From: Candidatus Thorarchaeota archaeon
Lineage (GTDB): Archaea > Asgardarchaeota > Thorarchaeia > Thorarchaeales > Thorarchaeaceae
Reading direction: 5' to 3'
Assembly (NCBI GenBank): GCA_016933575.1
Contig: JAFGAR010000064.1
Location: 40,851 to 104,850, forward strand
DNA: 64,000 nucleotides
Shown here: piece by piece, positions 46,728 through 57,394 of the stretch
Position numbering within the stretch: the first letter of the stretch is position 1
Layout of the letters: each line of letters starts with the position of its first letter
The notes under the pieces: model-generated
The model's input: the letters and a program-made list of their open reading frames with translations, nothing else
Databases searched by the model: none
What the model was told of the DNA's origin: nothing
Made by a program: the position numbers and the translations under genes

Positions 46728-48371
46728 TTGAGACTTATAGAATTGCACTCCAATCTATTCCTGCTGGAGATGAAATTGAAAATGCGTCGCTCACCATCAA
46801 AGATTCTATTCTTTGGTATCATGACGGTATTTATCGTGGCTTTGCTTGGTAGTTATACGGTAACTACTACAACTGCACAACTACCGTCTTTTCCTGATGA
46901 CTTTTTGCATGATGATACACTCTATGTGTATACTGCCTTGGATGGCGAAAATGTCCTTGAAGCTAATTCACAATCTGCACCAATCGTACTCAATACAGAG
47001 AGTCCTATGTTGCTGACTCTGCAAATAAACGTGTCAAGTACACATGACCTGAATATGAGTGGTACGATTGTATTTTACTATCAGGGGATACCAATCTTCC
47101 CGATAGTGATAGTCGAACCCGGAACAAATTCTTCATGGATTTGGGTGCCTCATGATGTGGCCATACCTGTTGTAGAGGCTTACATCGACTTCAGCTCAAT
47201 TCTAAATTATGGTCCATTGCAACTCATCACGGGCATTATCCAGGCTGCGATCGATTTCAATTATTATGTTGAGGGAGATGCAACTCTTCACACACTCCAA
47301 AGTGACTCGTTTTATTTTAGCATTCCTGCCACACCGACCTCTGTATTCACATCTGTAACGGGTATCAGTGCATCCATTGCAACCGTTGGAGCTGTTGTTG
47401 GTGTAGGAAATGGCTTCATGAGTCTCTTTGAAGGTCTAAAAACTGCTTACAAACTCAGAGGAATTCACAAGAAAGCCTCTGAGATTAGATCACTGCCAAA
47501 TCTCACTGTTATTGGTGCATTGCCCCTCCTCTTCTCTATGCTTGCAGGAATGATGAAAATTGGAAAGAAGAAAGATGTGAAGATAGAAGAATCCCGAGAG
47601 GATGGAAGTGTAAGCGAGTATATAATCCGGCAGAGACTACGCGAAGTAGCGCCTGATGCATGGCCAGTTGATAAGTGTCCAAAGTGTAAGAAAGATTGGA
47701 ATAAAAAATTGGACATGTGTAAGAAATGTAATTTCACACAGACAGATGCACGTGAATACTATTCTGATTTACTTGTTTCAAAAGTTCCTAGTGCCTTAAA
47801 GGTCATGGGGAAGAAGAAATCATCTGATATCCGAACCTTGGCAAAGAAGACCAAATCTACAGACTATAACGCTGGAGTTATTGCAGCCGCAATGGTTGAC
47901 ACTGGGGTGACTGAGATAGTAAAAGTTGGTACTCCATTCAGATCCTTTGTCATGAATATTGCAGGTCTAGCTTTCCTCGTTGTCACATGGCAACAACTCC
48001 TTGGTGACAGTGCAAGTACCTTCCAGACAACAATTACAATTGTCGGAGCGGCAATGTCCCTTGGAGTAATAATTGCACTCTATGTGAGTCGCAAGACGCA
48101 AATTCAGAAATTCCAGAGTGACATGGATGCAGGTAAGAAATGGATGCCAACAGAGGAAGAAGCGAAAGCAGAAGCAGTCGCTGAAGAATCGCAATCAGAA
48201 TCCTCTGAAGAATCAGAATCTGCCTCTGGAGAGGATATTCGTGACTCAGCTCCTGATGATGCAAGGTCTCCTGAAAGTTCAATAGAAGAAGAACCTGAAC
48301 ATGAAACTGTGTCTCATTCAGATGAAGTCGATGAGAATCTGGACTCATTTGAAGAAGATGGTGAAGATTGA
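46728..48371 (+). CDS. Hypothetical membrane protein with extracellular domain, Zn-ribbon and acidic tail
   Basis: N-terminal TM/signal, several TM, CPKC..CKKC, E/S/D-rich C-terminus; start likely at a downstream ATG. Confidence 0.7.
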   Translation: MRLIELHSNLFLLEMKLKMRRSPSKILFFGIMTVFIVALLGSYTVTTTTAQLPSFPDDFLHDDTLYVYTALDGENVLEANSQSAPIVLNTESPMLLTLQINVSSTHDLNMSGTIVFYYQGIPIFPIVIVEPGTNSSWIWVPHDVAIPVVEAYIDFSSILNYGPLQLITGIIQAAIDFNYYVEGDATLHTLQSDSFYFSIPATPTSVFTSVTGISASIATVGAVVGVGNGFMSLFEGLKTAYKLRGIHKKASEIRSLPNLTVIGALPLLFSMLAGMMKIGKKKDVKIEESREDGSVSEYIIRQRLREVAPDAWPVDKCPKCKKDWNKKLDMCKKCNFTQTDAREYYSDLLVSKVPSALKVMGKKKSSDIRTLAKKTKSTDYNAGVIAAAMVDTGVTEIVKVGTPFRSFVMNIAGLAFLVVTWQQLLGDSASTFQTTITIVGAAMSLGVIIALYVSRKTQIQKFQSDMDAGKKWMPTEEEAKAEAVAEESQSESSEESESASGEDIRDSAPDDARSPESSIEEEPEHETVSHSDEVDENLDSFEEDGED

Positions 48372-48375
48372 ACAT

Positions 48376-48423
48376 AAAAAAAAGGTGAGCTGGGTGGTAT
48401 GAAAACCACCCTCTTCCACCTTT
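48376..48423. terminator. Bidirectional hairpin terminator
   Basis: A-run + AAAGGTG..GGGTGGT-ATGAAA-ACCACCC..CACCTTT between convergent genes. Confidence 0.55.
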
Positions 48424-48445
48424 AATTTTCATCTAAATCGATAGT

Positions 48446-51400
48446 CTAATCACTGCTAGTTTTTGTATCTTCTTCAGAGTCGTCTTTTGATTCGTCAAGA
48501 CTCTCAACATCTTCTGTTGGAGATTCGGGGATGGAATCGATAGACTCTTTCACAAATGGTTCTGATTCTGCTTTGATAGTTGGATTTGAAGCACGATCGA
48601 TGACTTGTACTATCTTTGATGAGATGAACGGTATCACAACCAAGAAAGCTATTGGCATGAGTACAATCACACCTAGCTCGTAACTCTGAAGGAAGTCCAT
48701 GGTTGTAACTGCTGCAGCACCAACTACTACAAGAAACATTAGGAACTTGATTCTGATTGATGAACTGAATCTACTTACCAACGTATCTCTTTCATCCTGA
48801 ATGATGCTTGTTGGAGTATCTGCATCTTTCATCTTCTCAATCCTCTTCAATCCCTTACTTACCTCTCTATAGAGATTTACCACAACTACCAAGATTGAAG
48901 AAAGATATGCCGTAAAGATTGTCGTCATGATTGTTGGTATAGAAATCTCACCTATCGTGAATGCTTGATCTATCATGTAAGCCTTAAACCAATCAATCTC
49001 TGTACCATAAGTCAGTATCATAACTATGACAACAGGAACGAAGAATAGATGTCCAAGACCGGCTATCATGCGTTTCTTACTGAGCGCACCTGTTACCATG
49101 ACTGCAGATACAGCATCTCTATAGAGCCAGAGTCCGTAGAGCAGAACAGATGCACCAAGCAACGCAACAGTTAGAATCAATGCACCACCATAGTCTCCAA
49201 CTGCATAAAGTTGAGTCGATACGATAAACCCTGCTATACTTGCTAATATGATTAAGATATAGAGTCTATCCATTCGTTTGACTGCTCTCTTCAGTTCTTC
49301 TTTGCTGGAGTATGTTCTCCTGAGCGTAGGTGCTAGTCTGAAGTAAATGAACATACCCAACAGACTTACAATAAATGAAATTCCTGTAAAGGTGAATATG
49401 GTTGGAGTATCCATGACCCCGATCTCAGGTTCTGCAACAGATAGATAGAACGAGGTTGCCATCTCTTTAGATTGAACAAATTGACCTTCAACTTCTATCG
49501 AAATATTCTTCGTCCCGTATCCTTCAGTTATCGGAAGATGCTCGATGAAGAGTATATAGAGCCCCATCTGATCTGATTCTTCAGCTATCATCGTTGGCAT
49601 GCCCATTGTTGTAACAAAGACATCCAACCCTGGAACTGGATTGCCATATGCATCGACTATTGTGATGCCAATCAGGAGCGATTCTCCTTGAGAGGGTTGC
49701 TCTGGATTGAAGTCCACAAAGAATTCCAATACACCCAGAATGGTGATATTTCCGCTGATTGCGTTTCCACTCTTGATATCTTCGTGACTGACAGAAACCG
49801 AGTAGCCATATTCACCGGGTGCCCATCCAGTTGTTGACATGTTGACTGCGTATACACCTTGGCCAATCTCCATCAAATTGTACGAGAGGGCCTTCACAAA
49901 GAATTGAACAGTTGCCCCTGATACCGGCCGTCCAATCCAATCTTCAAGTGTCAATTCAAGACGTGTTCTCTCACCCTGCAGAATTGTCCACCCTTCTGAT
50001 GAGGTTATCGAGGCAGAAGCTGCAGCATCAGAATATGCTCGTATCTTGAAGGTTCCAGACCAAGGATTAGCAAATGTTGCATTGACATAGATTGTAAAGT
50101 TATTCTCGCCCATTAGGAAATCCGCTTGAACCGTCAGGGCATAGTCAGGATCACCTGTTGTATCAATCTGAGTGTATAGAGTTCCATTGATATCGATCGT
50201 GACACTCGTTCCAATGAATACAGGTCCGTACTTGTCCTTCACAAAGATGTTAATAGTAAACCATGAGCCGCCTTCGACTCTGGTTTCATAGAACACATTA
50301 GGTTGAAGATTGCCATAGACATCAAAACTAATCTCTGTGGCAGGAGGTCCAATAACATCCGGCTTATTCACACTGAGTTCGAAAGTCTGGTTACCAATTC
50401 CAAGGCTTATTGTATGAAGGAACCTGTAGCTGCCGGGACTTGTCGGACTCTCAATCATACCATATACCTGTGGACCACTCCTTAATGTGACATCAGCTCC
50501 GGCAATCACATGACCATATGCATCTGAGATATTGAACCACGCTCCAACAACCGAATCCTGTTGGACGATAGCTGGGAAATCTGTTGAAATCACCAAGTTC
50601 TCTGTTAACACTTGTACTGTGAAGACTTTCCCTCTGACGCCTTCAGCTAATGCATAGGCATGATTTGCTCTACCCACAGCAATATGATTTCCTGCTTCAA
50701 GTTGAACCTCAGGAATTTCCAAGATATGTGCTTGACCTGATACTATCGTTCCCAAAACAACACTATCAATGGAAATAGTCACAGTAGCATCATCTACAAC
50801 CCCACCAAGATTATCAAAGATTATTGCGCGGAATGATGTATTTACTCCCTGTTGGACTATGTCTGGGACTTGCAAATCAACATGCAAATTACTTCTCACA
50901 ACAAGTGCATTTTCATATGAATGGTGGAATAAGTGATAGAATCCATTGTCTACAGTAATCGTCAAATTGATTGTACCTATTGGCCAAGTCACGTCAGTCA
51001 ACGCTGAGTATTTGCCTTCAGCTGCCCAGTAATAGAACCCGAAGGTATTATCCCCAGCTCCCTCAGGTGTCATGTAGTGAGCTGTCATATAGATACTTGC
51101 GTCATCTACGATATCTCCATGGATATCCAATACAGTGACATTCACAGAGAAACTCTCTCCCTGAACTAAATCTGTTGAGGAATATGACAGTGATACGTCA
51201 AGAAGATAACTACTATCGAGATTTCTGACTGCTCCAAGAATCATACTATTGATTGAAGCGAATGGATATGCAGCAATCTCCGCTCCAGGAACTACATCAA
51301 TATTTCCAATGACCAGAGGATTACGCACCTCGCCCACCTTGACAGTCCACTCCACAACTCCGTGGAGCGAGACTGATGTAAGTAGCTCATCCTGATCCGT

Positions 51401-54124
51401 AAAAAGTAGAAACTCTTCATTAGTATCTCCATCAAAATCAGTGACTACTGCACTGAGTGGCGTAGCCCCTGTAACCTGTATTGACCAATGCGTTGTTAAT
51501 GATGTTTCAGCACTAACTAATTGAAGTTCTCCAGAGCTAAGCAGGACCATTAGTTCATCGGTTTCACTACCCATTGCATCATGTGGAAATATGTAAGTAA
51601 TGTCTTCATGAGGAATTGCATAATATTGGGTATCATTCATATTAGTCGTCGTCTGATCGAACACGAGTATACGTCCTGTTGGATCCGATCCATTCCAGTA
51701 ATTAATAGCAGCAACGAATTCTTCTTCGCCTGTCAGCGCATTATATCTACTCCAGATTCCAGGAGTATCTTGGTCTGAATACGCGCTGAGGTCAACATCA
51801 AGTGACCTAATGAATGACAGGTCATCAGCATTATGGAGATCAATAGCTGAACTTGATCGAAGAATCGCAATATACCCATCGCCTGTACTGGCATCATTGA
51901 TTACTGAAAAACCCCGAATTCCAACACTGCCAGCAATAGGCACTTGTGACCAGCTTGTGTCTGAATCCATTTTAATTATCGAATATGGCGATGTATCTGA
52001 TACGAGAAGCAATTCTTGGTTTCCATCACCGTCATCATCAATTACTCCTAGATAATTGAAACTCTTGTATGGGTAGGGACTGATTCCTTCATTAATTAGA
52101 GAGAGTGTAGATCCATGATATGCATGATATCCCAGGAATGAGCCACTCTTGTAGTAGTAGTCGAGTACAATGATATCTGCAACATTATCCCCATCTAGCA
52201 TTGCAGTATAGACCTCGAAGTACTCCCATCTAGTTCCTCCGTTGACAATGGTCACATTATCAAGAACTGCACCAGAGCTTGAATACTGGGTGAGCGTTAA
52301 ATCTTCGACACTTCTCTCTCTCTCAATTGTATAAATTACAGTCTGTCCGTCAGAAAGATTTCCGATATCTGATTGATGAGCTCTGTACGTTACATAGTCA
52401 GTATCACTCTTGTCTACTTGCCATACAAAATTACCCATAACATTGAAACTTAACGGATGTGTTGTGTTGCCCATATTGATTGTATTCAGATATGTGTCTT
52501 GGAATTCGAAGTAGTATTCATAGAGGCCAGTTACAAGATTTCCAATGAACGCGTAGTATAGTCCTTCAGAATGGGAAGAATACATCTCGTCTTGTGGTTG
52601 AATCCAAGGACCCGCACCACCGACTCTCATGAAAATGTCTGCATGCTCAATATCTGATGTTTCATTGACTTGTATTTGAATTGTCACGTAATCATCAAGA
52701 ATTGTAGGGTGGCTTGGTTCCATCGGTAGTTGAGCCAGATCTGGAGGTGTGGAATCGCTCAGGAGTAAATAAACATCTCCCAGTACTCTACAGATGACAT
52801 CGACCCTTGAATCTCCATTAGTATCAATTGTATCAATCTGGTATGAATTAGCTACATTACGCACATCAATCAGATATTCAGTATAGGCAAGATTACCATC
52901 ATTACCACGGACTATTCCAAGACCACCATCGGTCGTACCAATAGCAAGATCATCAAGTCCATCTGCATCCATTGGACCTACATCTTGTTTTTTATCACCG
53001 GGAATATAGATTCCAGATACTTCTCTTATTGGGAAACCCATATTTCCATTTCTGAAATAAGCTGTTTCTTGATCCCGACTGACAATGACTAGGTCCTCTT
53101 GGGTGTCAAGGTTAAAATCGCCAGTTTGTATTGACCTGTATGAACTATAGAGTAAATCCACATTTTGCGTATATGAAACTCCAAGAGTTGGACCCGAATA
53201 GACAACAATATCTCCATTCGATTCTATTGTGGCAATTTCATCGAGGCCGCTTCCCCATTGAAATGTCACCATATCTTGGATGCTATATGAAAGTAGAATT
53301 GATTGAAGCTGAGACCCATCAGCTGCGACCAAGGTCAAATTTCTCTGTCCACTGGTACCTGCTGTATTCGCAAGAGCTATTGAATCCTCAGTGAGGCTAG
53401 CAAACTTACCAATTGCCAAACCATAACTATAATCCAAGAGAAATGAACCAATTGTTGCATTGTTGTGTAGATCAAAAGTCAGAAAGTTATCATTGTTATT
53501 TGTATTCTTTATCACGGCGTCTGGATATTCATCACCACTAAAGTTGCCGAAACCGACCACTGATGCATAAAATGGTACGGGATATTTTGATACGACTCCA
53601 TCATCTAAATCGACAACCAGAATGTAATACTGAGGATTGACATAATTACGAATCATAAATTCTGAATCGCCATCGTTATCGACATCGCATGCAATGATAC
53701 CTGATCCCGACCAAGTGTTTCCTGCTGGAATTGATATATCCAAAGAGAAGTCATTTGCGATATCTACAAAATAGAGTTTATCCTCATCATCGATGACATA
53801 TGCAAAACCCTGATGGCTTTGAACAGTTCCGACTGCAATTGGAATACTCGAAGAACCCGGCAATGTGTAATGATAAAGAGATTGTGCCGGTAGGAATCCA
53901 TCACTATCATATAAACTTAGGTCTGTTGAAGATGGACCTAGATTTATCATAATTGGCATTAGAAGCATGAATGAAATGAATGCTATCGTAATCAATCTAA
54001 AAATCCTCAAATCTGTGCTATGCATTTGCTTTGATTTGGGACGGTAACTACTCTCTTTTCTGATTGCAGAATTAACACTCATTTTAGATGCATCCCTCTC
54101 TTTCTTGATGGTGGCATAGTTCAC
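48446..54124 (-). CDS. 1892-aa surface protein: FG-GAP/VCBS-like repeats, Ig-like repeats, C-terminal multi-pass (~7 TM) domain
   Basis: DVDNDGDSE, DFNLDTQED, DTNGDSRVD, DDDGDGNQE, DFDGDTNEE Ca-loop motifs; repeated D..G..V..A.V Ig-like units; seven hydrophobic segments in the last ~310 aa. Confidence 0.8.
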   Translation of the reverse strand: MNYATIKKERDASKMSVNSAIRKESSYRPKSKQMHSTDLRIFRLITIAFISFMLLMPIMINLGPSSTDLSLYDSDGFLPAQSLYHYTLPGSSSIPIAVGTVQSHQGFAYVIDDEDKLYFVDIANDFSLDISIPAGNTWSGSGIIACDVDNDGDSEFMIRNYVNPQYYILVVDLDDGVVSKYPVPFYASVVGFGNFSGDEYPDAVIKNTNNNDNFLTFDLHNNATIGSFLLDYSYGLAIGKFASLTEDSIALANTAGTSGQRNLTLVAADGSQLQSILLSYSIQDMVTFQWGSGLDEIATIESNGDIVVYSGPTLGVSYTQNVDLLYSSYRSIQTGDFNLDTQEDLVIVSRDQETAYFRNGNMGFPIREVSGIYIPGDKKQDVGPMDADGLDDLAIGTTDGGLGIVRGNDGNLAYTEYLIDVRNVANSYQIDTIDTNGDSRVDVICRVLGDVYLLLSDSTPPDLAQLPMEPSHPTILDDYVTIQIQVNETSDIEHADIFMRVGGAGPWIQPQDEMYSSHSEGLYYAFIGNLVTGLYEYYFEFQDTYLNTINMGNTTHPLSFNVMGNFVWQVDKSDTDYVTYRAHQSDIGNLSDGQTVIYTIERERSVEDLTLTQYSSSGAVLDNVTIVNGGTRWEYFEVYTAMLDGDNVADIIVLDYYYKSGSFLGYHAYHGSTLSLINEGISPYPYKSFNYLGVIDDDGDGNQELLLVSDTSPYSIIKMDSDTSWSQVPIAGSVGIRGFSVINDASTGDGYIAILRSSSAIDLHNADDLSFIRSLDVDLSAYSDQDTPGIWSRYNALTGEEEFVAAINYWNGSDPTGRILVFDQTTTNMNDTQYYAIPHEDITYIFPHDAMGSETDELMVLLSSGELQLVSAETSLTTHWSIQVTGATPLSAVVTDFDGDTNEEFLLFTDQDELLTSVSLHGVVEWTVKVGEVRNPLVIGNIDVVPGAEIAAYPFASINSMILGAVRNLDSSYLLDVSLSYSSTDLVQGESFSVNVTVLDIHGDIVDDASIYMTAHYMTPEGAGDNTFGFYYWAAEGKYSALTDVTWPIGTINLTITVDNGFYHLFHHSYENALVVRSNLHVDLQVPDIVQQGVNTSFRAIIFDNLGGVVDDATVTISIDSVVLGTIVSGQAHILEIPEVQLEAGNHIAVGRANHAYALAEGVRGKVFTVQVLTENLVISTDFPAIVQQDSVVGAWFNISDAYGHVIAGADVTLRSGPQVYGMIESPTSPGSYRFLHTISLGIGNQTFELSVNKPDVIGPPATEISFDVYGNLQPNVFYETRVEGGSWFTINIFVKDKYGPVFIGTSVTIDINGTLYTQIDTTGDPDYALTVQADFLMGENNFTIYVNATFANPWSGTFKIRAYSDAAASASITSSEGWTILQGERTRLELTLEDWIGRPVSGATVQFFVKALSYNLMEIGQGVYAVNMSTTGWAPGEYGYSVSVSHEDIKSGNAISGNITILGVLEFFVDFNPEQPSQGESLLIGITIVDAYGNPVPGLDVFVTTMGMPTMIAEESDQMGLYILFIEHLPITEGYGTKNISIEVEGQFVQSKEMATSFYLSVAEPEIGVMDTPTIFTFTGISFIVSLLGMFIYFRLAPTLRRTYSSKEELKRAVKRMDRLYILIILASIAGFIVSTQLYAVGDYGGALILTVALLGASVLLYGLWLYRDAVSAVMVTGALSKKRMIAGLGHLFFVPVVIVMILTYGTEIDWFKAYMIDQAFTIGEISIPTIMTTIFTAYLSSILVVVVNLYREVSKGLKRIEKMKDADTPTSIIQDERDTLVSRFSSSIRIKFLMFLVVVGAAAVTTMDFLQSYELGVIVLMPIAFLVVIPFISSKIVQVIDRASNPTIKAESEPFVKESIDSIPESPTEDVESLDESKDDSEEDTKTSSD

Positions 54125-54306
54125 TCAATTCCTCAGTAAGAACCTTACAGTGTACCATTCTAATGTGAATCGAGTGATTTCTCAAAGCACCACTCAGAAA
54201 CTTTTGATTTTTTTCCTTTTATCGATTCTGTGCGTTTCTATGTTGATACCGATATGCTAAATATGATGATGTCCGGAAGAAAAATCAGTAATTGGAGAGT
54301 AGTTTC

Positions 54307-55668
54307 ATGGTTGAACATATCGCAATTATTGGCTGTGGTGCTGCTGGTGCAACAGCAGCCATGCAGGCTCGAAAATTCGATCGGAATGTCCAGATAACAC
54401 TCTATAACAGTGAGAAGTATTCCCAATACTCTCGTTGTGGTCTGCCATACACAATATCAGGAAAAGTCAAAGCCTTTGATGATCTGGTTCTGATGCCAGC
54501 TGAGAACTGGGAGAGTCTGAATATATACGCAAAACTCGGGATTACTGTTACTGATATTGATCACAGTAATCATGAACTCTCCTTTGGTGGAGTTGGTGGT
54601 GAAGGCAAACAGGAATATGATGCTCTCATCTTCGCAACTGGGGCTAAAAATGCAGATCCTCCAATTACCGGACTGGAAAAGAAACGTGTGTACGGTCTAA
54701 GAACACTTGATGATGCAAAAGCGTTGGCAGAAGAGGCAAAGAAATCCAAGAATGCGGTCATCATCGGAGGTGGTCTAGTTGGGATGGAGGCCGCGGAAGC
54801 ATTTCATGAACGAGGACTACATGTCACAGTTGTAGAGTTCTTGCCACACGTTCTCTTGGCAATGGTTGATCCAGACATGGCTCAGATTATTGAAGACCAC
54901 TGTACAGAACATGGCCTTACGATATTGAATAACACTGCAGCCCAAGAGATCAAGGGCAAAGATACTCCCACAGGTGTCATCGTGAAGAGTAGAGAATCTG
55001 GTGAAATATCAGAGATACCTGCAGATTTTGTAGTTGTTGCTACTGGTGTCCGTCCAGTCACTGAATTAGCTGAGAAGATTGGAGTGGAAATTGGACCAAC
55101 TCGTGGAATCAAGACCGATGATAGAATGATGACGAACTTACAAGATGTCTATGCAGTAGGTGATTGTGCAGAGAATTTCGAGTACATCACAAAGACTCCA
55201 TTTACAGGTGGTTTAGGAACAATAGCTGTCCGGCAAGCTCGTGTTGCAGGAATAAATGCAGCAGGTGGGGATGCCAAGTTCCCCGGAATTGTAGGTGCAA
55301 AGGTGACCAAGATTTTTGATCTTGAGATTGCAAGTACCGGCCTTACTGAAGACCTAGCTCAACGATTCAATGTGCCTATCGTTAAAGGCTCTATTAAGGG
55401 GAGCACCAAACCTCCATACTATGTTGGCGGCAAGGACTTGAAGTTAAAGACCTTCTTCAACAAAGAAACTGGCAAGCTCGTTGGTGGTCAACTGGTTGGG
55501 CTTGAGGATGCAGCAATGCGACTTAATGTGTTGACTCTAGGTATTCAGCAGGATATCAATGCGGTTGAATTATTCGACTTTGAGAATTGCTATGCTCCTG
55601 CAGTCTGCGATACTTGGGATCCATTGGTTCAATCTGCAGATGCTGCACGCAAGCGGTTGAAGTTGTAA
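54307..55668 (+). CDS. CoA-disulfide reductase / NADH oxidase family flavoprotein
   Basis: IIGCGAAG, YSRCGLPY (redox Cys), ATGA, IIGGGLVGME, YAVGDC, YAP. Confidence 0.9.
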   Translation: MVEHIAIIGCGAAGATAAMQARKFDRNVQITLYNSEKYSQYSRCGLPYTISGKVKAFDDLVLMPAENWESLNIYAKLGITVTDIDHSNHELSFGGVGGEGKQEYDALIFATGAKNADPPITGLEKKRVYGLRTLDDAKALAEEAKKSKNAVIIGGGLVGMEAAEAFHERGLHVTVVEFLPHVLLAMVDPDMAQIIEDHCTEHGLTILNNTAAQEIKGKDTPTGVIVKSRESGEISEIPADFVVVATGVRPVTELAEKIGVEIGPTRGIKTDDRMMTNLQDVYAVGDCAENFEYITKTPFTGGLGTIAVRQARVAGINAAGGDAKFPGIVGAKVTKIFDLEIASTGLTEDLAQRFNVPIVKGSIKGSTKPPYYVGGKDLKLKTFFNKETGKLVGGQLVGLEDAAMRLNVLTLGIQQDINAVELFDFENCYAPAVCDTWDPLVQSADAARKRLKL

Positions 55669-55681
55669 TTATAAAATAGTC

Positions 55682-56176
55682 CTAGGTCCCTCTGATGATT
55701 TTGATATTATTGAGAGCAAATTGAAAAGAACTGACTTGTGTCGGGGAACTTGCAACCAATATAACATTCTCAAGACCACACCCATCCTTCGAATGCTCAT
55801 AGACAGCTTTCACTAGTTCCTCTGCAATTTCCCAGCTCGGAACCCGCGCAACTTCCAGAGCCATAGTATAGAATCCAACACTTGCAACATTTGCCTCTTC
55901 AGCATCAGATAATGCATTCTTTGCGGTTTGATAGACGACCTTCCTTCTATCTGGATCAAGAATCGAAACACTTGGCCAATGACGGATAATTTCTGCATTA
56001 GTAGACTCCTTTATAGTGATTCCAAAACCCCCAATAGTGCCACCAGCTCCAATAACTCCCGAGGGCGATATCCCAACTGGGATCTCTTTAGCTTTTACTA
56101 CTAGACCTATGTCACTATCATTATGTGGTCCAAGCCGGACAGATACTGAAATTCCTCCGATAACGTGATGATCCAA
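55682..56176 (-). CDS. Degenerate macro-domain-like protein
   Basis: Parallels the neighbour: VIGGISVSVRLG, KNALSDAEE..VASVGF, AEELVKAV, LENVILV; lacks NAAN. Confidence 0.55.
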   Translation of the reverse strand: MDHHVIGGISVSVRLGPHNDSDIGLVVKAKEIPVGISPSGVIGAGGTIGGFGITIKESTNAEIIRHWPSVSILDPDRRKVVYQTAKNALSDAEEANVASVGFYTMALEVARVPSWEIAEELVKAVYEHSKDGCGLENVILVASSPTQVSSFQFALNNIKIIRGT

Positions 56177-56181
56177 GGTGC

Positions 56182-56709
56182 CTACCCCTCAATTTCGTCG
56201 AGTGCTTGACTGAAGCAATCACACACGTACTTGTTAAGGCCAACAAGTGTTATTTCCTTTACTGAATGTGGTTCTTGCGCATAGTGTGCAACTCCAGTCA
56301 ATATTGCTTTTGCAGACTCTTGTTCTGTTAATCCTCCCACGCCTGCTCCAATCGCAGGAAATGCTACTGAGTGCAGATTATGATCTGAGGCGATATTCAG
56401 AGCATTCTGGACTGATGAAAGAACTTTCCAATAGGTGGCTTTTCCTCCTGGCGGCATACCTGCGCAGTGTATCACATATTTAGCTGGTAATGAGCCTCCT
56501 GTTGTCATCACCGCCTCACCCGGCCTTATTGGACCCAGTGACATGGCCTCAGTTTCTATCTCAGTTCCCCCCTTTGCCTTAATTGCCCCTGCAACACCAG
56601 ATCCCATCCAAAGATCTGAATTTGCAGCATTAGCAATTGCATCGACAGCTAGATTGGTAATGTCTCCAATATAGATCTGAATGATAACACCACCAATGCT
56701 TCTCCTCAC
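56182..56709 (-). CDS. Macro domain protein (ADP-ribose binding/hydrolase)
   Basis: GDIT..VDAIANAAN..GSGVAGAI, GEAVMT..G.LPAKYVIH, VAFPAIGAGVGG. Confidence 0.93.
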   Translation of the reverse strand: MRRSIGGVIIQIYIGDITNLAVDAIANAANSDLWMGSGVAGAIKAKGGTEIETEAMSLGPIRPGEAVMTTGGSLPAKYVIHCAGMPPGGKATYWKVLSSVQNALNIASDHNLHSVAFPAIGAGVGGLTEQESAKAILTGVAHYAQEPHSVKEITLVGLNKYVCDCFSQALDEIEG

Positions 56710-56803
56710 AACACTCTCTCCTAATAGAAGCTAATTACAGTTGTAAACAAATTCGTAAAAAGTTGTTGTCCCAAACTTTTTGAAGGGTAATAGGTGTTGA
56801 GAA

Positions 56804-57394
56804 GTGGCGAGTAACCTGAATGATGTCAATGATGAAGAGATGCTTTCATTAATTGAACGCTTTGGCGAACCGCATCGGCTTCATTTCTCTGCAAATTTCC
56901 TCAGATTTGAATGCGACTTGGTCAAATTAAGTAGAGAAAAGGGTAGACTTCATGATGTGACCTGTTTCATACGACAAAAGGACAACCGATATGTTGTGAT
57001 ACAGAAACATCAGTACGCTAGAACTGGAATTTATCGCGCTCCCTCAGGTGGCAGACATTTCGGAGAGAGTATTGAAGAAGCAGCTCATCGAGAGATGTAT
57101 GAGGAGACTGGTCTCACAATCAGATTGGTTCATTTGGTTCTTGATGTTAGTCTTGATGTGGTGTGTAATGACGAGGTTATTCCTTGGCGTTCTTTCGTCT
57201 TTCTTGCAGAGCCCACAGGTGGTGATATGAAACCCATCGATGTTCGTGAGATATTCGACGTTTCTGTTATGACCCGTGATCAACTTTTAACAGATGTCGA
57301 TAGATTGATGCAAGAGTCAGGATGGGGCGGTTTTGCTTATCGTGCCTTTCTGACAAGAGAGTTCTTTAAACAACTCGACATTTTGTATATTTGA
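56804..57394 (+). CDS. Nudix hydrolase
   Basis: Nudix box GGRHFGESIEEAAHREMYEETGL. Confidence 0.9.
   Translation: MASNLNDVNDEEMLSLIERFGEPHRLHFSANFLRFECDLVKLSREKGRLHDVTCFIRQKDNRYVVIQKHQYARTGIYRAPSGGRHFGESIEEAAHREMYEETGLTIRLVHLVLDVSLDVVCNDEVIPWRSFVFLAEPTGGDMKPIDVREIFDVSVMTRDQLLTDVDRLMQESGWGGFAYRAFLTREFFKQLDILYI

Noticed and set aside
48160-48520. Low-complexity GAA/TCA-rich stretches as DNA repeats
   Set aside because: Explained by the acidic disordered tails of the two convergent membrane proteins.
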